From Octopus sinensis (taxonomy: Eukaryota): a stretch of 64,000 nt of DNA. Below are positions 1 through 14,119 of this stretch, in pieces. Position numbers and translations under genes: made by a program. The first letter of the stretch is position 1. Each line of letters begins with the position of its first letter. The stretch lies in assembly GCF_006345805.1 (NCBI RefSeq), contig NC_043007.1, forward strand, positions 55,056,001 through 55,120,000, in the 5' to 3' direction. The notes beneath the pieces are model-generated. The model did not search any database and was not told the DNA's origin. It saw only the letters and a list, made by a program, of their open reading frames with translations.

Positions 1-200
1 TCATTTACAGACAAGTATATACATACATACATACATACATACATACATACATACATACATACACACACTCACACACACATATATATATATGCATATGTAT
101 TCGCACACCCCACACACATACACACGCACATACATGTACACATATACGAGCTATGTGCATAAATTTATAAGTATAGATTACACACACACACATACACACA
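1..200. repeat. (ATAC)n/(AC)n microsatellite
   Basis: Visible tandem ATAC and AC units. Confidence 0.9.
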
Positions 201-216
201 CATTCACATAGTCATT

Positions 217-612
217 CACAGACATGGAGGAGGTAAATAGACACCTTTAATTTTCAAAATCTTTTTATTTAATACGCAAAGCGAACAATTGAAATGTAAT
301 CGATAGGTAGGACTACATACAGTATTTAGTTGACATTCCATTTGCAGTTTTTAATTCAGAAACTCTTTTTAGCATTCAACTGATGAGCTTTGTGAATGTC
401 TGCCCACTTTTCATGCAACAATCGAAACAATTCATCTTTAGTTTTAGGTTTCTGTCGAGTTTTTCGTATAGCTCTATCTAGTATGCTCCAAAGATTTTCA
501 ATTCGGTTCATGTCAGGAAGCTTTTTGATCCCATTTTCAGTCAGCCATTGTTGGTTCCTTTTCGCTGTGTGGCATGGATACCCATCTTCCATGAATAAAA
601 ACTCATTTTTCG
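217..612 (-). mobile_element. Tc1/mariner 3' half (DDE C-terminus plus TIR), degenerate
   Basis: ORF 356-634 has FMEDGYPCH...PDMNRIENLW; terminal CACAGACATG..GTAAATAGACA matches the TIR at 1396. Confidence 0.8.
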
Positions 613-1385
<773 letters not shown>

Positions 1386-1395
1386 TGGGGATGTA

Positions 1396-2100
1396 CACAG
1401 ACATGCAAAAAGTAAATAGACAACTCTAATTTTCAAAATTTCTAATCTACGCGTCTTAATGTTTTCAGCAGTGGAGAATTTACAATGTAATTATTCTTTT
1501 TCATTCCAGGTGCCATCATATTAAACATTTGTGAAGAGTAACCATTCCACGTACAAAAATTTCAGCAGAACTGTCAGATTTTCAAAGAGGTCATATTGTT
1601 GGCCAATCTGAGGCTGGTTTTAGCCAGCAAAATATTGCCGAAAATCTTCAAATTCCTCTTGCTACTGTTAATAGAATCATAGTGCAATTCAAAAGCCAAA
1701 AGCCAAAGAAAAGAATCAACAGTTTCTCGTCCCGGCCAATCTGGGCCCTCGGAAAGGAAGCTTCACTGTTTGAAGAGAATTGTGGGAAATGAACCCCGTT
1801 CGAAGGCTTCTTGCATTGCAAAACAGCTAGAAGTTAGTCCAAGAACGTGTGTTGCATATCTGCATAAGCTTGGGTATTAAGGACGAGCAGCTAGACGAAA
1901 ACCTCTCTTTCAACCAATTAATATCATGAAAAGAAAGAAATGGGCTAAGGAGATGTCAGAAAATCCAGTTCATTTTGGGATAGAGTGATTTTCTCAGATT
2001 AATCCAGATTTGTATTATTTTCAGACAGTGGACGTGTTTGGGTTTGGAGGCTTCCCAATCAAGAATTTGATTTGAAACAACCCCAACCAACTGTGAAACA
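1396..2100 (+). mobile_element. Tc1/mariner 5' half (TIR, HTH, first catalytic Asp), degenerate
   Basis: TA then TIR CACAGACATGCAAAAAGTAAATAGACA; translates to [27 protein letters not shown]...WDRVIFSD...PTVKH with frameshifts and stops. Confidence 0.8.
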
Positions 2101-2470
2101 TAACGTTTTTTTAAACAATATTAATAGCGTTCTGTCTATCGCTATACGAATCCATCATTCTTTGCTAAAATGTCGTATTGACGAGTTTCGTTTTTTCACT
2201 TTCCCGAAGAGAAGATTGCATTGTTTATACCTTTTATTCATTTGAATAGTATCAGTGGAATTTTCGAAACATATGTAGAAAGTAAAAATACTTGTTTAAA
2301 CCTGCGTTAACTCCATTTTTTATTCATATTATTCAAATATTCAACGTAAACACGAAGTTTCAACCTTTATAAACAAGGAGTTACAACATCTTTACTTGTG
2401 AGATTTTTGCTGCCCTGGTAACTATTTATTTATTTTTCTGTGTTAATTGTTAACAAGGTAAAATACACTC

Positions 2471-2480
<10 letters not shown>
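2098..2480 (+). mobile_element. Second copy of the PLE pseudo-LTR (2098-2328 duplicates 1007-1237) continuing into the PLE 3' tail
   Basis: Near-identical 231-bp direct repeat; tail resembles 5401-5599 and 41860-42070. Confidence 0.8.
2198..2283 (+). ncRNA. Hammerhead motif, identical copy of 1107-1192
   Basis: Same stems, core and palindrome. Confidence 0.75.
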
Positions 2481-2516
<36 letters not shown>

Positions 2517-2558
2517 ACGAAAGAAGGTTTGAAAATGCAATTTTAAAGGATGTTTATT

Positions 2559-2601
2559 TACTTTACCGGTTTCACTCTTTGGAAAAAGATTGTCAAAAGT
2601 A
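2559..2601 (-). ncRNA. Candidate hammerhead, U3-A8 variant (left arm)
   Basis: Reverse complement of 4411-4453. Confidence 0.45.
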
Positions 2602-3399
2602 ACATGTAGAAGTTTGGTTGCGTTAATTATTGGTTGTTGCAGATTGCTACATTACATATATACAGTCTTTGGTAACAAGGATAAGTTAAGGACATAAAAT
2701 AGTTTAACAAGTTCCTTAAAATATTGGGCACAAAAGATTACATAAATAATCATTCTCAAGAACATGTTTAAGATAGTTTTCAGAATGAATTATTAAAAAG
2801 TACAGTGGGATATTGGTATTGGTATTGTATCTGTATATTCAAACACGCACAGAATATTGGTTGACACAGAGTACTATAATATATATATATATACATTCTT
2901 TGGTGACAAGAGCATGTTGAGAACATAAAAAAGTTTAACAAGTTCATTGAAATATTGGGCACAAAAGATTACAACAAATATATTATACATTTCAAAGATA
3001 ATTTTCAGAAGGAATTATTAATAAGTTCAGTGGAATATTGGCATGCACGCACAGAATATTATGAGTTCAAAAAGGTTTACATTATAATAGTAGGGAAGCT
3101 AGAACTGACCTGTCCACCATGTTAACGTAAAAGAATATTATCTATTTCAAGGGACACTGTAAGTGTATTTGGGTGGGGGAGAGGAGGAGTAATGTGGAAC
3201 TGAAAAGAATTTATCCTTTTTGTCTCTCCTTCAAGCATCAATGATTTGGGGGATTGGCTATAGAGGTCAGGATGGGGTGAGTGTGTGTGTGTGTATATAC
3301 ATATGTGGTGTGAATAGACGTGTCTGTGTGTTTGTAAAGCCTGGTAGAATGGTGTGTGTATATCCTCAGAGAAAGGATGACAATTCACCGCCAACAACT

Positions 3400-3650
3400 G
3401 AGGGACCCCTCCACAAGAAAGATACCTATTTCTTTACTACCCACAAGGGGCTAAACACAGAGAGGACAAAGACAGACAAACGGATTAAGTCGATTACATC
3501 GACCCCAGTGCGTAACTGGTACTTAATTTATCGACCCCGAAAGGATGAAAGGCAAAGTTGACCTCGGCGGAATTTGAACTCAGAACGTAACGGCAGATGA
3601 AATACCGCTAAGCATTTTGCCCGGAGTGCTAACGATTCTGCCAACTCGCC
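3400..3650 (-). mobile_element. tRNA-derived SINE (short family)
   Basis: Sense head GGCGAGTTGGCAG, B-box-like GAGTTCAAATTCC, conserved body GCCTTTCATCCTTTCGGGGTCGATAAA; paralogs at 38924 and 58310. Confidence 0.85.
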
Positions 3651-4410
3651 ACAAGACAGATACCACTAAGTGGACACTTAGACCTCTGTGCACACAATAA
3701 GTCCCCCAAATTCTTAGTTTCCCCACTATACCAATGCCCGGACAACACCTCTATAGCCAATCCCCCAAATCATTTATGCTTGAAGGAGAGACAAAAAGGA
3801 TAAATTCTTTTCAGTTCCACATTACTCCTCCTCTCCTCCACCCAAACACACTTACAGTGTCCCTTGAAATAGATAATATTATTTTATGTTAACATGGTGG
3901 ACAGGTCAGTTCTAGCTTCCCTACTATTATAATGTAAACCTTTTTGAACTCATAATATTCTGTGCGTGTATACCAATATTCCACTGAACTTTTTAATAAT
4001 TCCTTCTGGAAATTATCTTGAGAATGTATAATATATTTGTTGTAATCTTTTGTGCCCAATATTTCAATGAACTTGTTAAACTTTTTTATGTTCTCAACAT
4101 GCTCTTGTCACCAAAGAATGTATATATATGTATTATAGTACTCTGTGTCAACCAATATTCTGTGCGTGTTTGAATATACAGATACAATACCAATACCAAT
4201 ATCCCACTGAACTTTTTAATAATTCATTCTGGAAACTATCTTAAACATGTTCTTGAGAATGATTATTTATGTAATCTTTTGTGCTCAATATTTTAAGGAA
4301 CTTGTTAAACTTTTTTATGTCCTTTACTTATCCTTGTTACCAAAGACTGTATATATGTAATGTAGCAATCTGCAACAACCAATAATTAACGCAACCAAAC
4401 TTCTACATGT

Positions 4411-4453
4411 TACTTTTGACAATCTTTTTCCAAAGAGTGAAACCGGTAAAGTA
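4411..4453 (+). ncRNA. Candidate hammerhead, U3-A8 variant (right arm)
   Basis: Stem I TACTT/AAGTA; core TTGACAA...GAAA; stem II CTTTT/AAGAG; palindrome ACCGGT; GUA site. Confidence 0.45.
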
Positions 4454-4755
4454 AATAAACATCCTTTAAAATTGCATTTTCAAGCCTTCTTTCGTATATA
4501 ATTCCACTCCTGCGGTACCCTACAACTCCACTTTGTTATATATATATATATATATATATATAGAGCGAGAACGAGAGACATGTATATATATAAATTTTAG
4601 ATATAAGGATATATATGCATATAAGCATATAAAATGTGTGTATATATATATATATACACTCAAATACGCGCACGCGCGCATTCACGTATTTATATGTATA
4701 TACTCGCATGTATTTCTCTATATAGACGTGTATATATAGGTATATGTAAATATTT

Positions 4756-4819
<64 letters not shown>

Positions 4820-5057
4820 TATTCCTTTATTATTTTATTTGTTTCACTCATTTGACTGCGACCATGCTGGAGCACCACCTTTATTCGAGAAAATCGACCC
4901 AGGAATTATTCTTGTAAGCCTATTACTTATTCTATCAGTCTTTTGCCGAACCGCTACGTTACAGGACGTAAACACATCAACATCGGTTGTCAAACTATGT
5001 TTAGGTGGGGGGACAAACACAGACACACAAACATATATACACGCACACACACACGCA

Positions 5058-5108
<51 letters not shown>

Positions 5109-5270
5109 GTATATACGACGTGCTTCTTTCCGTTTCCGTCTACCAAATCCACTCACAAGGCTTTGGTCGGCCCGAGGCTATAGTAGAAGACACTTGCCCA
5201 AGGTTCCACGCAGTGGGACTGAAGCCTGAAACATGTGGTTGGTCAGGAAGTTACTTACCGCACAGCCACT
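4820..5270 (-). mobile_element. tRNA-derived SINE (long family with internal CA microsatellite)
   Basis: Homologous to 58735-59115 and 59785-60207; sense head GTGGCTGTGCGGTAAG...GGTTCAGTCCC-like. Confidence 0.85.
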
Positions 5271-5301
5271 TCTATATATAAGTAAGCGTATATAAAAAAT
5301 A

Positions 5302-5356
<55 letters not shown>

Positions 5357-5361
<5 letters not shown>

Positions 5362-5597
5362 GAATAAATGAAAAGAATGGAGTTGAACGAAGATTTTAAC
5401 AAAGTAAAGGAATTTTGTTAAAATCTTCGTTCAACTCCATTCTTTTCATTTATTCATATAAAAAACACACAAATTTCCACACACGAACACGGGGTTCGGC
5501 CCTTGGCATGTAACTTCAACCGTGTTTTACTGACGTGAATTTGCTACCCAGGTATCGATTAACCGAATTATCCATACTAGGATAATTCATTCATCTA

Positions 5598-5599
<2 letters not shown>
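5357..5599 (+). mobile_element. PLE 3'-tail fragment preceded by a 47-bp inverted copy (fold-back)
   Basis: 5357-5403 pairs with 5414-5460; 5401-5599 is homologous to 41856-42070. Confidence 0.75.
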
Positions 5600-5672
<73 letters not shown>

Positions 5673-7254
5673 AGAATGTGTGTGTGTGTGAGTCTGTCTG
5701 TATGTTTCCCTAAAACTTGAGAACTACACAATCAATTTCATTCAAATTTTACACATGCCTTACTTAGGGTCCGGGGAGTGTCATCGGCAATAAATTTTAA
5801 CTTTTTGCCTTGGGCGAGCCCACAGCAATATCATATCTTCTCTAGTATTACGTGTTAAAAGTGAAACAAAAACATTTCTCTATTTTATGTCAGATACTTT
5901 CACTTTAACAATAAAAATTAGAGATAATAATAACAATTAAATTATGTGTAGTAATTTATAATTAAAATCAAACTAAAGTATAATATAATAATTAAATCGT
6001 AACATAAACAATTAAAAGTAAAAATAGCAATCGGTATAAAATTGCATCAATGACTTGAACTTGAATAAGTGGTTTCACATGAATGGGAATAAATAAAAGA
6101 TAAAATTTAAGTGCAGAAATGGAATAGTCCAGATGGAGCTGTGCACATACCGTTTACCACGGCTTTCACATTAGATTATCTGCTAATTAGCTAGCATTAA
6201 GTATCTATATGAAGTTTGGCTGTATGTAATGACTGTTTTCTCGAACAGACGCTTCTACTGAGTACTACTGTTGGTTTATTTCTTATACATAAAGGACTAT
6301 AGCGTCAACTGCGTACTGCTTTTTGATTCACCGTAAGGTTTGTTATTATTATTACTGTTTAACTATTGTTATCACGTTTGTTGGTTCCTCGTTAGGAAAA
6401 CATTGTTGCGTTGCATTTGTTAAATAATTGTAAACTGTAACCCTTCCCCTTTGGGAGAAGGAGCTTTGGTTATTGTTTACAAATTGAATTGTGTCCCTGT
6501 TTGGGGAAATTAACAATATTTTCACCGTTTATACGGAAGCATTTTTGTTAGAATGCCTTCGATAGAAGAAAGTCCAAAAATGAATTTCGCTGCAGCCGTC
6601 GGCGGGCGCGAATTCATTAAAATTAAAATGGAAGAAATACAAACCTATTTCGGATTGATCACCGACAAAGACGGTGAATCTAGGATTACACCACCAAACG
6701 AAATAAAAAATTAAATTAAAGAAAATACTGTTGTCTATAAAGTATACAATGTAGAGAAAAAAAGATTTGAACACCTGGAGGAAAGCACCATCGAAAAGTG
6801 TCTTGGTGCGACTATGAAAGATATCTAAACAGAGGCGGTAAATTCGCCACAATAGAAGCAAGGTTCGAGTCAACGGAGCGTGCAAAGGAGTACTCGACTC
6901 GAACCTTGCAAAGTGGAAATATTTTATTTTTACCTTTATATCTAGGACGTAGGACATCCCGGATAAAAATTTAAAATGTCCCCCCAGAAGTAGTGGTAGG
7001 CTGGATTGTAGTCACACTTCTATACAAAAAAGAGGACAAGATACAATTGATCGAAATTGCAAGAGACGGGCCTACAATTCCAGTCTGTTATATATTTTGA
7101 GTATTGTTATCACTAGCGATATAAAGATATAACTTTGTATTTTGTATTTTATGTGTAGATGTATATATATAGATGTACATGTAATATATACACATATATA
7201 CACATATATACATGCACTAGCACTATGACCCGGCAACGACGGGTTATAATGCTA

Positions 7255-7255
<1 letters not shown>
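5594..7255 (+). mobile_element. Non-autonomous Helitron
   Basis: 3' hairpin ACCCG-GCAACGA-CGGGT (7228-7244), then CTAG at 7252-7255 followed by T; 5' end TC...(TA)n AAAATGAGAATG (position uncertain). Confidence 0.65.
6630..7075 (+). pseudogene. Tx1-type ORF1 fragment inside the Helitron
   Basis: DGESRITPPNEI..TIEKCLG..KFATIEARFES..LFLPLYLGRRTSRIKI.NVP aligns by eye to ORF1 at 15971 (DGIVKINIPQEI..KIEKCLK..KFAHIQVVFHT..TLIPSYRGQKVTKITLNNVP). Confidence 0.65.
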
Positions 7256-7298
<43 letters not shown>

Positions 7299-7416
7299 GT
7301 AGAGTTTATTCATAGAAATAACATACACGTCTGCATAATGATCTTACAATACGTTTATATACATATATACTTGCATACGTACATATACATATATATTTCA
7401 TCAATATGTGTTGTTG

Positions 7417-7501
<85 letters not shown>

Positions 7502-8559
7502 ATGTATGTATTTATATGCGCATGTTTAACTTATATGTGTATACAAAGTCATTTTATATTGAATACCTCCCAATAGGTTTTCATTAGATCTGATACTGTT
7601 TCGCTCGTTTTATTCCATTTATTTGTATCTTTCTTCCCTCCTCCTCTTTGCAATGCTTTATCGCGCTTTTGTTGTCTTATCACTCTCTCCCACAGAAAAA
7701 TATACATAGATATGCACTCATACATATTCACTAAGCCCCCACGCACTATCTTTCTACCCCCCTCCATATACACGCACATATATACGTAATACTCACACTA
7801 ACATGCTTTCTCTCTCTCTCTCTCTCTCAGTTTTCCTTTTATCTTTCATTAGTTTCAGTAAAACTATAGAATAAAAACAAATCTCACGTCAGCTTGAACA
7901 GAAGACAGACTCAAGTATTCGCTGACATTTTGATGGAGTTCATGCCAAAGAAAATTTTATAATTTCACCAAGAACTATAGCAAAAACAAAAGTACCATCA
8001 ATGTCATCGTCATCATCATCGTTGTGGTGGTAATGGTGGTGATGGTCGTCGTCGTCCGCGTCCTGCTGCTGCTCCTCCCCTCCTCCTCCTCCTCGCCATC
8101 GATAATAAGAGTAAAATAATCTCAATAATGATATTACCAAGGGTTTATATTTTTCATGTTTATTTTCTGCTCTGTCATGTATTTCACCGAATACAGCGTA
8201 TCTCCTGTTATAAACTGAATAACTCAATACGAATGTATAATAATTCTTACAAAATCTAATTGTACGCAATGAAACCAGTAGAATGTTGACGAAATAATTA
8301 AAAAACGAAACAAAAAATAACATCATTTTCGAATAAATGGAATCCCGCTGTCATACGATTGTTTTCTAATCAATGTCATATAAACATTTGATACGCCATT
8401 TTTATTTCCCTGTCCTGTTTTCCTTCCCTTTTATTTTTTTTCCATAGGTGCTCAATGTTTAATGTATAGAATTAAGACGATGGATGGTCGAGAAATAATA
8501 CTAAACAAAAACATAATAAATATATAGAATGACAACAAAAACAAAAAGAAATAATTTCG

Positions 8560-9250
8560 TAAATAAGCAAACAATAAATCAATTGATTAGATTAAGGGTT
8601 AAGTTAACTGTTTCACCTGGAATGGTAACCATGTTTTCCAAAAAGATAAAAAGAGGGAATGGAAAATGACGTTTCTAACCGTTGTCCGTGAAATCAGTTC
8701 GAAGCTTAGGAATGAGTTCAAGAAAATTGGAAAGTGACTATGGCTCCCACCAAGGAGTCAGTTTATAGTGGTGACACACGTGGAGGTCCTTCCTAAACAT
8801 CTCTTAGTATATAGTGTCCACATCAGCAACTTGGCCTCTTTGTCTTTTGAGAGTAAATTTAGTATCTGTAGTTTAGTCGAAGGTTTCTAGATCATGTAGA
8901 CTTATGATCCAGTCATGACTATTCCATCTTATTTCTGGGCACAGTGTGATTTTGATTATTTTATCAAATGTATCCTTTCTTTTTAAAGACAGTTGAATGT
9001 GATTTGAGGGAGATTTGTTGTTTTGTATTGTATCACAAATCTTGTTATACAAGATTATTGTTTAACCTTATTCGTTATAAGTTCCCGACAGCCCAATGAG
9101 TTCCCTGTTCTTAGTATGATGAATGAGTCACTACGCAGTAGAAGCGGAATAAATACTTCAAGGAATTCTTTGAACGCAACGGTATATCGACTTAACCGTC
9201 AATATATACCAGTCAGTCTCCCTCACGCTTTAGGTTAAGGAAGGGAGTTT
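8560..9250 (-). mobile_element. Possible highly degenerate Penelope-type RT remnant
   Basis: Faint LDV..G..ST.VHYK(P)TDS thumb-like motif near 8750-8830. Confidence 0.3.
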
Positions 9251-9699
9251 ATTACGTATTCTTTTATAAGTTGTGAAGAAACCAGATTGTCTAGACAAAC
9301 TACAACTTTGCTAGCCTAATTTATGAATGCTTTATATATATATATATAAGCATATGAATGTTCTATGCTATTAATTAGAGAAAAGGCTGGATAGACCTTT
9401 GAGGCGCAGTCAACAAACTGTGAAATTATCCGTCAGGAGACTCCACTACTCTTTTCTCCGCACACTTAGCTCATGAAAAGATTATGTTTATATTATCATT
9501 TTACGCACAGCGAGGTTCTGTAATATTTTAATATATTTTATTTTCAACCTGTATCGTGTCCAGAACCGCAAAAGTAAGTACAAAAATATAAACTAGACTG
9601 TTCATTACTAGCCTATTTTATGGGTTCTTTATAGAACTTCCTATAAAATCTAAATGTCCTATGCTACTGATTGACAATGTCCTGGTTAAGACTGTAAAC

Positions 9700-12101
9700 T
9701 GCATCCAGTAGAGAGGACCTTGGTACGAGAGTTCCAGGGTTTTGAGGAATGTAGAACAATCCCTTAGTCATTATTGTCATAGCATGTATACTTTTGAGTA
9801 AATGGAGCTCGTCAGCCTGGAAAGCAGTCCGTCCAGGAGAAGGAAACTCCGGTATAAAAACCACCGTTACCTTGCGATATCCATTACCAAGACGGATATA
9901 GATTATATTTGAGACACCCGACAGCCCGCTGCAACTACCCTAACCAGATCCAGCATGTCACCAATCCCGATGGTGCCGCTGGTGAAGGCGAGTGGCCAAC
10001 TACATGGGCCTTATCATCGAAACACATGGTCCACTCTAAACAAAACCACGCGAAAGATATCTGCGGCTTAAACAACAAGCCTTCCACTCCCTCCCCTAAT
10101 TCCAGTAGCAATGGTCAACAGGCAACGGGGGAAGGCTTGGTCAGGTGGAAACCCCTTGTCCGGAGTCATATGCTGGCGGCTCTTACGTGAAGGTCATCCT
10201 ATCCACAAGATGTAATGCCGTGGCTGTTTGACAGATGTAGGATGTGACTGGGCTGGTTTATTCAGGATGACCGCAACCCACCCTGCACGGAGAAGTCCCT
10301 AGAAAGGGTGGTGTAAACATTGTACACTGCCCTTTTTCCCTGATTGGCTTACCGCGGCCGTTGGTGAACTACTAAAGCAGTAGCAAGGACAAGAAAAAGA
10401 AAACTTTCCGCATTGTGGAGACTTGGAATGTGTGCACATTCCTGGACCAGGATGACACGGACAGATCCCACTGGAACACTGCTCTAGTGAGCAGGGTGTT
10501 GAATCGCTACAATGTGAACTTCGCAGCTCAATCCGTAACAAGACACTCTGGTGAGAGCAGTCTTTGTGAAGAAGGAACGAATTACCCCTTTTTCTGGAAA
10601 GGCAAAGATCTTATAGAGCAGCGAATCCACGGTGTTGGTTTCGTGGTGAAGACTTCCATTGTAAACAGATACAATATAGCTCTAATTTCTATCACTGAAC
10701 GCCTCGTGTCCCTCCACCTTCCCCTTTCCAATAACAATCGTCTTACGTTGATCTCAGCTTACGCGCCTACCCTTAATTCTGGCGATGAGATCAATGATTC
10801 TTTCTACTATTTCTACTCCGATCTCAACAAAATCATACAGATCATGCCAAGAAGAGACAAACTCCTCGTGTTGGGGCATTTCCACGCTATGATCGGACGA
10901 GCTAATGATCTCTGGACGAGAATTCTGGGAAAGCAAGGTGTGGGAAACTACAACTTGAACGTACAGGCTTCTCCTTGACTTACGTGCTAAAATGAGCTGG
11001 TGATTATTAACACCCTCTTCCGTCTTCCCAACTGGCACTAGACCCCATGGAGGCATCCAGTATCAAAGCACTGGTACATCCTGAACTAGGTCCTCACCAG
11101 ATCCTATGACAGGAGCGACCTACTCGTGACCCGAAGTCTCTCCAGCGCAGATGACTGTTGGACGGATCATCGACTAATCATTTCCTGACTCAGGCTCCAG
11201 CTGCGAAACCTCCCCTACCACATTAAATCTGCAAAGAGATCACAGCGTTTTGATGTTTCTAAATTAAAGACCTACACAGTCGAGCGGGATTACTCGTTTT
11301 GCCTCACGAAACTTCTACAGGCGGTACCCCCATCACTGCAGATGGACAGTGAGGAAGCATATTGGTCCATCTTACGCAAAACGATCTCTTAAGCTGCTGA
11401 GGAAATAATTGGCTATTACAAACACGCCCAAGACTGGTTTGACCAAAATGATGAGCAGATTACCAAACTGATCAACGAAAGAGAAAATCTCGTCTGGTGT
11501 AGGAGAATTTCCCAACGCACACCCACTTATGACACTTCTGGGAAGCCAAGTAACAATGCCAGCGTAGGCTCCGTGAACTCTAGAATATCTAGTGGCAAGA
11601 AAAAACAAGGGATATACTGTTGTTCGCAGATTGTGAGATAGGAAATCTTCGGTAACAAATCCGCCGACGGCTTAACCTCACTTACAGATGATCAAGATAT
11701 TCTTAAACGATGGAAAGAACACTTTCAAATACTCCTCAACCGGCCATCTACCGCAGTGGTTGACCTGCTCTGAAATGTCCCCTAATATCCGATCTGACAT
11801 TGGATGTCACTCCTAACAAACTACTCTGAGTTTGAAAAAGCCCTAAAAGGCATTGACGCATGGAAAGCATCTGACCTTGACAACATATCTCATTGGGCTC
11901 CTGTCTTATCCAATGCATGTGGGAGGCAGAAATTGTTCCTGCGGGCCATAAGGACACGACTACATTACAGTCTTTAAGGGGGACAATTTGCGGTAACTAT
12001 CGCAGCATCTCCCTTCTCACCATCGCTGAAAAGATCTTCGCTAGGATTCTGGTAGATAGATTAGTAGTCGTCACTGAGGAAGTTCTTCAAGAGTCGCAGT
12101 G
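9700..12101 (+). mobile_element. RTE-clade LINE, 3'-truncated and degenerate
   Basis: APE TWNVCT...FFWKG...HGVGF...ISAYAPT (10415-10978); RT start GNYRSISLLTIAEKIFARIL (11893-12102). Confidence 0.85.
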
Positions 12102-12109
12102 ATTACCGC

Positions 12110-13630
12110 TGGAGAGGTCCAGTTCCTATGCAAAGGAAATAGAGGTATAATTGGTATCAGTATTGGATTGGGAGGGGCATCACCGCTAGTATATGTGGTC
12201 GTATGAGTAGTATGGTGGGAAGATGTCTAGAGTTTGATATTGTTGAGTCGAGAATGATCACTAAGGCTTGTATTATTTCCACTAGGTGGGTTAAGGTGGG
12301 CTCAGTGGGACAGATTGTAGGTTGTAAGGACTAGTATTATAGTTTGCGTCTGTTAGAGGAGGCAATTATGGATCCCAAATTAGGTGCAGTAGAACAGGAG
12401 ATTTTAGCAGACGATTTATTGAAGACGGTTATATTTATGCTATGGTGGGAAGTTTAGGATTTAAAAAATGTTTGGGTAGAGATTTAACTTTGAGGGAGAA
12501 AGGTGATGCGAGTTATATGCTCTCCCGCTTCCTGTCTTTAGAATGTTTAGAGCATGTTGTTATAGTGGGTGGGTCTAGATAGGGAGGCTTGTAGTTATAA
12601 ATTCGAGGTGGCCAGTGGGGCTGCTGAGTGCAATGCGTAGCAGGCTTTTTTTTTAGGGTTGCTGAATTGTTTTTGAATAGAAGAAACTTAAGTAGATTCG
12701 AGGTTAGTATTAGGAAAGAGATAGGCAATTTTTGTTTTAAGCTTAGTGTTGGGGATATACGAGATCTTTTCGCGGAAACCACTTATCTGGAGAGCCTGAT
12801 TATAATATGGCACATAACTGTTAAAAAATAGCAGATAAGTTGGAGATTAGGATAGAAATACCTGTGACTATACTATTAAGGGTAAAACTAGGGTAATTTG
12901 AGAGGACGTTGATTTACTTTAATGATCGATTGGGTGATATAGATTTATATTTAAGTCCAGAGTAACGTCTAAGAAATTGACCATTTTAGTATCGTTTTCG
13001 AATAAGATACTTTGGTAATAATTAAAAAAAAATTATGTAGGGCTTTCTTGGTGCGTTCAAAAGAAGGTCGAAATAATCCAGTTGCTGTAAGGTGTGCATC
13101 ATCCCTATAGAGCCCTCCGGAGAGGTTAGGGGAAGGCTTGTTTAATTTGGGAAAGAAGAAACAGGGCATCTAGGTCAGTAACCTGGGCTGAGTTAAAGGA
13201 GCTCATGGTTATATCAAAAACATCTGTAGATAAGTTGCAGGTCCGGTAATCATCTTTAAATTGAATTAGTGTAATCCTAGCAGCCAGAAGATGTCAATAT
13301 CAGATTGAGAGATAGGTGCGTACTCTCACGTGAAAATTAAGGCTTTATTTAAGAGAATTGGCGATATGGAAGAACAGTAATTAGAAATGTCAAACTGAAA
13401 TAAATGGGTGTACTGCTTATCAGGAAGAGAGTAGAACCAGGTGATGACGTCACCAGTACAATTCCAAAGCGGAAGATTAACCTTAGTCCTAACTAGGGGT
13501 AGAATTCGATCGATAATGCATTTGCTAATTCGACCCAAGTCTGATTCAGTGGCTGGCGTAGATCAGTCTAATAGAAAGATTAGTGGAGAAGTTGGTTTTG
13601 TGGGCTTTCAGAGTGAAGTGTGCTTGTGAA
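12110..13630 (-). mobile_element. Penelope-like element RT plus endonuclease region, degenerate
   Basis: GRISKCIIDRI..W..TGDVITWF..FQFDISNY (13326-13538); GGLYRDD (12969-13169). Confidence 0.75.
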
Positions 13631-14032
13631 TGTGTGTGTGTGCGCGCGCGCATGTATGCATATAATTATAGACTTTTGCTGAACCCTAATTATAATTATG
13701 CTTATAATTATAGGATTTTTGTATTATAGTAAGTTATATATATAGATATTTTTATTTTCATTCTTATTTTTAATGAAGATATCTTAGAATTTGTATGATT
13801 AAGTAGGATACGTTAAAGAAAGGACGCACTGGTGGATTTACGTATTAGGTATAGCCTGGTAAAACAAACCACCAGCGCAGAAACATTAGTTCTCCACAGA
13901 CTAATAACAGGTATATATTCATGCAGCTGGCTCTCGTAACAAAATAACAGAAAACTATTATCATCCTCACACATTTTCTCCATCCCTCTCAATATTCATA
14001 GACATATATTCGTTCATACATATATTCGTACG

Positions 14033-14066
<34 letters not shown>

Positions 14067-14072
14067 CATACA

Positions 14073-14104
<32 letters not shown>

Positions 14105-14119
14105 CATACATACATACAT

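Larger units (their letters stand above)
2514..4498. repeat. Large inverted repeat: arms 2514-3267 and 3747-4498, spacer about 480 bp
   Basis: Arms read as near-identical reverse complements and contain internal ~110-bp subrepeats. Confidence 0.9.

Noticed and set aside
9396-9437. HHR-like CCT-TTGAGGC-GCAG..CTGT-GAAA..GTC-AGG
   Set aside because: Two core changes and a poor stem III; at best a fossil
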